Shown: one piece after another, positions 57,101 to 64,000 of the stretch
How the letters are laid out: each line of letters starts with the position of its first letter
Numbering within the stretch: the first letter of the stretch is position 1
Source: the human T2T-CHM13v2.0 reference genome, Homo sapiens
Assembly (NCBI RefSeq): GCF_009914755.1
Contig: NC_060933.1
Direction: 5' to 3' (one strand)
Length of the DNA stretch: 64,000 bases
Notes under the pieces: generated by a model
The model's database searches: none
Seen by the model: only the letters and a program-made list of their open reading frames with translations
What the model was told of the DNA's origin: nothing
Made by a program: the position numbers and the translations under genes

Positions 57101-59248
57101 CATTGCATTCCATTCCATTCCATTCCCCTGCACTCGCGTTGATTCCATTCCATTCCATTCCATTCCATTCCATTCCATTCCATTCCGTTCCGTTCCATTC
57201 CATTCCATTCCATTCCATTCCATTCCGTTCCATTCCATTCCATTCCATTCTATTCGGGTTAATTCCATTCCATTCCATTCGATTGCAATCGTGTTGATTC
57301 CATTCCATTCTATTCCATTCCATTCCATTCCATTCCATTCCTTTCCATTCCATTACGGATGATTCCATTCCATTGCATTCCATTCCATTCCATTCCCCTG
57401 TACTCGGGTTGATTCCATTGCATTCCATTCCAATCCATGCCATTCCACTCGTGTTGATTCCATTCTTTCCATTCCATTCAAGTTGAATCCATTCCATTGC
57501 ATTCCATTCCATTCCATTCCCCTGCAGTCGGGTTGATTCCATTCCCTTCCATTCGATTCCATTCCATTCCATTCCGTTCCGTTCCGTTCCATTCCATTCC
57601 ATTCCATTCTATTCGGGTTAATTCCATTCCATTCCATTGCATTCCATTCCAATCGAGTTGATTCCATTCCATTCCATTCCATTCCATTCCACTCCATTCC
57701 AGTCCTTTCCATTCCATTCCACTCGGGTTGATTCCAATGTATTCCTTTCCATTCCATTCCATTCCATTGCATTCCGTTCCATTACATTCCCCTGCACTCG
57801 CGTTGATTCCATTCCATTCCATTCCATTCCATTCAATTCCATTCCATTACAATTCGTTCCATTCCATTCTATTCCGTACCATTCCATTCCATTCCATTCC
57901 AATCGAGTTGATTCCTTTCCATTCCATTCCATTCCATTCCACTCCATTCCAGTCCTTTCCATTCCATTCCACTCGGGGTGATTCCAATGTATTCCTTTCC
58001 ATTCCATTCCATTCCATTGCAATCGAGTTGATTCCATTGCTTTGCATTCCATTCCATTCCATTCCATTCCGGATGATTCCATTCCATTGCATTCCATTCC
58101 ATTCCATTCCCCTGCACTCGGGTTGATTCCATTCCATTCCACTCCATTCCGTACCATTCCATTCCATTCCATTCCATTGTATTCGGGTTAATTCCATTCC
58201 ATTCCATTCCATTCCATTCCATTCCATTCCATTGCAATCGAGTTGATTACATTCCATTTCATTCCATTCCATTCCATTACATTCCATTCCAATCGAGTTG
58301 ATTCCATTCCATTTCATTCCATTCCATTCCATTCCATTCCATTCCATTCCATTCCATTCCATTCCTTTCCATTCCATTCCACTCGGGTTGATTCCATTCT
58401 ATTAGTTTCCATTCCATTCCATTCTCTTCCATTCCACTCTGGGTGATTCCATTCCTTTCCATTCCACTCGAATACATTCCCTCCTATTCTACTCGGAACG
58501 ATTCCATTCCATTCCATTCCATTCCATTCCATTCCATTCCATTACATTCCACTCGTGTTGATTCCATTCCTTTCCATTCCATTCGGTTTGAAGGCATTCC
58601 ATTCCATTCCATTCCATTCCATTCCATTCCATTGTACTCGGGTTGATTCCATTCCATTGCATTCCATTCCATTCCAATCCGTTGCATTCCATTCCATTAC
58701 ATTCGGATTGATTCTATTCAACTCCCTTACTCTCCATTACATTCCATTCCATTCGGGTTGTTCCATTCCATTCCATTCCGTTCCACTCCATTCCATTGCA
58801 CTCGGGTTGATTCCATTCCATTCCATTCCATTCCATTCCATTCCGGATGATTCCGTTCCATTGCATTCCGTTCCATTACATTCCCCTGCACTCGCGTTGA
58901 TTCCATTCCATTCCATTCCATTCCATTCCATTCAATTCCATTCTATTACAATTCGTTCCATTCCATTCTATTCCGTAGCATTCCATTCCATTCCATACCA
59001 TTCCATTCCATTCCATTCCATTCCATTCCATTCCGTTCCGTTCCATTCCGTTCCATTCCATTCCATTCCATTCTATTCGGGTTACTTCCATTCCATTCCA
59101 TTCCAATCTATTCCATTCCATTGCAATCGAGTTGAATCCATTGCATTTCAATCCATTCCATTCCATTCCATTCCATTCCATTGCAATCGAGTTGAATCCA
59201 TTGCATTTCATTCCATTCCATTCCATTCCATTCCATTCCGGAAGATTC
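51642..59248. promoter_or_regulatory. Five perfect heat-shock elements (13-mers starting at 51642, 53865, 55479, 57083, 59236)
   Basis: TTCcgGAAgaTTC (TTCtgGAAgaTTC at 55479) read directly from the sequence. Confidence 0.55.
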
Positions 59249-59575
59249 CATTCCATTGCATTCCATTCCATTCCATTCCCCTGCACTCGCGTTGATTCCA
59301 TTCCATTCCATTCCATTCCATTCCATTCCGTTCCGTTCCGTTCCATTTCATTCCATTCCATTCCATTCCATTCAGTTCCGTTCCATTCCATTCCATTCCA
59401 TTCTATTCGGGTTAATTCCATTCCATTCCATTCGATTGCAATCGAGTTGATTCCATTCCATTCCATTCCATTCCGTTCCGGATGATTCCATTCTATTGCA
59501 TTCCATTCCATTCCATTCCCCTGCAGTCGGGTTGATTCCATTCCATTCCATTCCATTCCATTCCATTCCATTCCA
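56050..59575 (+). repeat. ~3.5-kb segment, copy B of the direct duplication
   Basis: Offset to copy A drifts from ~5490 to 5376. It lacks the ~70-bp tttcgttcc...ctgttccgtatca module found at ~53090-53160. Confidence 0.9.
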
Positions 59576-62500
59576 TTCCGTTCCATTCCATTCCATTCCA
59601 TTCTATTCAGGTTAATTCCATTCCATTCCTTTCCATTCCATTCCATTCCATTCCAATCGAGTTGATTCCATTCCATTCCATTCCATTCCATTCCACTCCA
59701 TTCCAGTCCTTTCCATTCCATTACACTCGGGTTGATTCCGTTCTATTCCTTTCCATTCCATTCCATTCCATTGCAATCGAGTTGATTCCATTGCTTTGCA
59801 TTCTATTCCATTCCATTCCATTCCGGATGATTCCATTCCATTGCATTCCATTCCATTCCATTCCCCTGCACTCGGGTTGATTCCATTCCATTCCACTCCA
59901 TTCCGTTCCATTCTAGTCCATTCCATTGTATTCGGGTTAATTCCATTCCATTCCATTCCATTCCATTCCATTACAATGTAGTTGATTCCATTCCATTCCA
60001 TTCCATTCCATTCCATTCCAGTCCTTTCCATTCCATTCCACTCGGGTTGATTCCATTCTATTAGTTTCGATTCCATTCCATTCCCTTCCATTCCAATCTG
60101 GTTGATTCCATTCCTTTCCATTCCACTCGAATACATTCCCTCGTATTCCACTCAGAACGATTCCATTCCATTCCATTCCATTCCATTCCATTCCATTCCA
60201 TTCCATTCGAGTTCGTTCCATTCCATTCTATTCCGTACCATTCTATTCCATTCCATTCCTTTCCATCCCATTCCATTCCACTCGTGGTGATTCCATTCCT
60301 TTCCATTCCATTCGGTTTGAAGGCATTCCATTCCATTCAATTCCATTCCATTCCATTCCATTCCATTCCATTCCATTGTACTCGAGTTGATTCCATTCCA
60401 TTGCATTCAATTCCATTCCATTCCATTCCATTGTACTCGAGTTGATTCCATTCCATTGCATTCCATTCCATTCCATTCCATTCCATTCTGTAGCATTCCA
60501 TTCCATTACATTCGGATTGATTCTATTCAACTCCCTTACTCTCCATTACATTCCATTCCATTCGGGTTGTTCCATTCCATTCCATTCCATTCCACTCCAT
60601 TCCATTGCACTCGGGTTGATTCCATTCCATTCCATTCCATTCCATTCCATTCCGGATGATTCCATTCCATTGCATTCCGTTCCATTACATTCCCCTGCAC
60701 TCGCGTTGATTCCATTCCATTCCATTCCATTCCATTCAATTCCATTCCATTGCAATTCGTTCCATTCCATTCTATTCCGTACCATTCCATTCCATTCCGT
60801 TCCATTCTGTTCCTTTCCATTCCATTCCATTCTATTCGGATTAATTCCATTCCATTCCATTCCGTTCCATTCCATTCCATTCCATTCCTTTCCATTCCAT
60901 TACATTCCATTTCGTTCCATTCCATTCTATTCCGTACGATTCCATTGCATTCCATTCCATTCCATTCCTTTGCATTCCATTGAAATCGAGTTGATTCCAT
61001 TCCATTCCGTTCCATTCCATTCCATTCCATTCCATTCCGGATGATTCCATTCCACTGCATTCCATTCCATTAAATTCCCCTGCACTTGGGGTGATTCCTT
61101 TCCATTCTATTCTATTCCATTCCATTCCATTCCATTTCATTGCAATCGAGTTGATTCCATTGCATTCCATTCCATTCCATTCCAGTCCTTTCCATTCCAT
61201 TCCACTCGGGTTGATTCCATTCTATTCCTTTCCATTCCATTCGATTCCATTCCATTCCACTCTGGTTGATACCATTCCTTTTCATTCCACTCGAAAACAT
61301 TCCCTTCTATTCCACTCGGAATGATTCCATTCCATTCCATTCCATTCCATTCCATTCCGTTTCGTTCCATTACATTCTATTCCGTACCATTCCACTCCAT
61401 TCCATTCCATTCCATTCCATGCCATTCCTCTCGGGTTGATTCCATTCCTTTCCATTCCATTAGGGTTGAATCCATTCCATTCCATTCCATTCCATTCCAT
61501 TCCATTCCATTCCATGCCATTCCACTCGGGTTGATTCCATTCCTTTCCATTCCATTCGAGTTGAATCCATTCCATTCCATTCCATTCCATTCGATTCCAT
61601 TCCATTGCACACGGGTTCATTTCATTCCATTCCATTCCATTCCATTTAGTTCCATTCCATTCTATTCCATACCATTCCATTCCATTGCATTCCATTCCAC
61701 TCCATTCCATGCTATTCCTCTCGGGTTTATTCCATTCCTTTCCATTCCATTCGGATTGAATCCATTCCTTTCCATTCAATTCCATTCCACTCGATTCCAT
61801 TACATTGCAGTCGTGTTGTTTCCATTCCATTCCATTCCATTCCATTTCATTCTATTCCATTCCATTCCATTCCATTCCATTCCATTCCATTCCATGCCAT
61901 TCCACTCGGGTTGATTCCATTCCTTTCCATTCCATTCGAGTTGAAACCATTCCATTCCATTCCATTCCATTCTATTCCATTCCATTCCAATCCATTGCAC
62001 ACGGGTTCATTCCATTCCATTCCATTCCATTCCATTCCATTCCATTCCATTCCATTCCATTTCGTTCCATTCCATTCTATTCCGTACCATTCCATTCCAT
62101 TCCATTCCATTCCATTCCATGCCATTCCACTCGGTTTTTTCCATTCCTTTCCATTCCATTCGGGTTGAATCCATTCCTTTCCATTCCATTCCGTTCAATT
62201 CCATTCCATTGCACTCGGGTTGATTCCATTCCATTCCATGCCATTCCATTTCATTCCGTTCCATTCCATTCCATTACTTTCGGATTGATTCTTTTCAATT
62301 CCCTTACACTCCATTTCATTCCATTCCATTCGGGTAGTTTCCTTTCCATTCCATTCCATTCCACTCCATTGCATTGCACTCGGGTTGATAGATTCCATTC
62401 CATTCCATTCCATTCCATTCCATTCCATTCCATTCCATTCCGGATGAATCCATTCCATTGCATTCCATTCCATTCCATTCCCCTGCACACGGGTTGATTC

Positions 62501-64000
62501 CATTCCATTCCATTCCATTCCATTCCGTTCCATTCCATTCCATTCCATTCCATTCTGTTCAGGTTAATTCCATTCCATTCCATTCCATTCCATTCCATTC
62601 CATTCCATTCCATTCCATTGCAATCGAGTTGTTTCCATTGCATTCCTTTCCATTCCATTCCATTGCATTCCATTGCATTCCATTCCCATGCACTCAGGTT
62701 GATTCCATTCCATTCCATTCCATTCCATTCCATTCCATTCCGGATGATTCCATTCCATTGCCTTCCATTCCACTCCATTCCCCTGCACTCGGGTTGATTC
62801 CATTCCATTCCATTCCATTCCATTCCATTCCATTCCATTCCATTCCATTCAACTGCACTAGGTTTGATTCCATTCCACTGCATTCCATTCCATTCCATTC
62901 CATTCCACTCCATTCCATTCCATTCCCCCGCACTCGGGTTCATTCCATTCCATTGCATTTACTTCCATTCCATTCCATTCCATTCCATTCCATTCCATTC
63001 CATTAGACTCCATTCCATGCCATTCCACTCGGTTTTATTCCATTCGTTTCCATTCCATTCGGGATGAATCCATTACATTCCATTACATTCGATTCCATTA
63101 CATTGCACTCGTGTTGATTCCATTCCATTCCATTCCATTCCATTCCATTCCATGCCATTCCACTCGGGTTGATTTCATTCCATTCCGTTCCATTCGAGTC
63201 GAACCCATTCCATTCCATTCCATTCCATTCCATTCCATTCCAATCCATTGCACACGGGTTCATTCCATTCCATTCCATTCCATTCCATTCCATTCCATTT
63301 CGTTCCATTCCATTCTATTCGGTACCATTCCATTCCATTCCATTCGGTACCATTCCATTCCATTCCATTCCAATCCATTCCATTCCATGCCATTCCACTT
63401 GGGTTGATTCCCTTCCTTTCCATTCCATTCGGGTTGAATCCATTCCATTCCATTCCATTCCATTCCATTCCATTCCATTCCATTCCATTCCTTTCAATTC
63501 CATTGCACACGGGTTGGTTCCATTCCATTCCTTTCCGTTCCATTCCGGATGACTCCATTCCATTGCATTCCATTCCATTCCATTCCCCTGCACTCGGGTT
63601 CATTACCTTCCATTCCATTTACTTCCATTCCATTCCATTCCATTCTATTCGGGTTAATTCCATTCCATTCCATTCCATTCTATTCGGGTTAATTCCATTC
63701 CATTCCATTCCATTCCATTCCATTCCATTCCATTCCATTCCATTCCATTGCAATCGAGTTGATTCCATTCCATTCCATTCAATTCCGGATGATTCCATTC
63801 CATTGCCTTCAATTCCATTCCATTCCCCTGCACTCGGGTTGATTCCATTCCATTCCATTCCATTCCATTCCATTCCATTCCATTCCATTTCATTCCATTC
63901 CATTTCGTTCCTTTCCATTCTATTCCGTACCATTCCATTCCATTCCATTCCATTCCATTCCATTCCATTCCATGCCATTCCACTCGGGTTGATTCCATTC

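Larger units (their letters stand above)
48476..64000 (+). repeat. HSat3 array, block 3, CATTC on + strand
   Basis: (CATTC)n resumes after 48475 with the same interruption motifs as block 1 and continues to the window end. Confidence 0.97.

Noticed and set aside
63321-63351. Two KpnI sites (GGTACC) suggestive of the 1.8-kb KpnI D15Z1 repeat
   Set aside because: They are two sites 25 bp apart from a local duplication of a ccgtacc>cggtacc variant. I see no periodic KpnI sites elsewhere.
37-63998. Hundreds of ORFs encoding (HSIPF)n or (MEWNG)n, the longest 55199..56509 (-, 436 aa)
   Set aside because: (CATTC)n has no stop codon in any frame on either strand and GAATG supplies ATGs, so overlapping ORFs in all six frames are expected. 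There is no protein domain, codon signal or gene structure.
1-64000. CRISPR-like alternation of conserved motifs (e.g. GCACTCGGGTTGATTCC) and variable intervals
   Set aside because: The intervals are themselves pentamer repeats of variable length, not unique spacers. There are no cas genes and the context is a eukaryotic satellite.
1-64000. Assignment to HSat2 or to Y-chromosome DYZ1
   Set aside because: Long perfect CATTC runs with CAACCCGAGT interruptions and rare CATTCGATTC argue against HSat2. There is no regular ~3.56-kb unit and the pentamers are purer than I would expect for DYZ1.

Overview
The whole 64-kb window is (CATTC)n/(GAATG)n pentamer satellite, regularly interrupted by A(C/T)TCGGGTTG (=CAACCCGAGT)-type decamers. 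This is human/primate classical Satellite III (HSat3). It most resembles the chr9q12 heat-shock SatIII (inference, to be confirmed by mapping). I see no protein-coding genes, RNA genes, mobile elements or CRISPR arrays; every listed ORF is the stop-free HSIPF/MEWNG translation of the pentamer. The interest is architectural. (1) A 21.4-kb strand-inverted block (27038-48475) whose two junctions both look like fold-backs, with 2-bp and 4-bp microhomology. (2) A very recent, near-identical 11.5-kb tandem duplication (~3348-26355). (3) A younger ~3.6-kb segment repeated at ~5.4-kb spacing, plus many nested small duplications. (4) Two interleaved sequence dialects (A and B). (5) 19 perfect three-unit heat-shock elements (TTCnnGAAnnTTC), all inside dialect A. 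I found no evidence of a new gene-based system. All comparisons were made by eye, so boundaries are approximate to tens of bp except at the strand switches.
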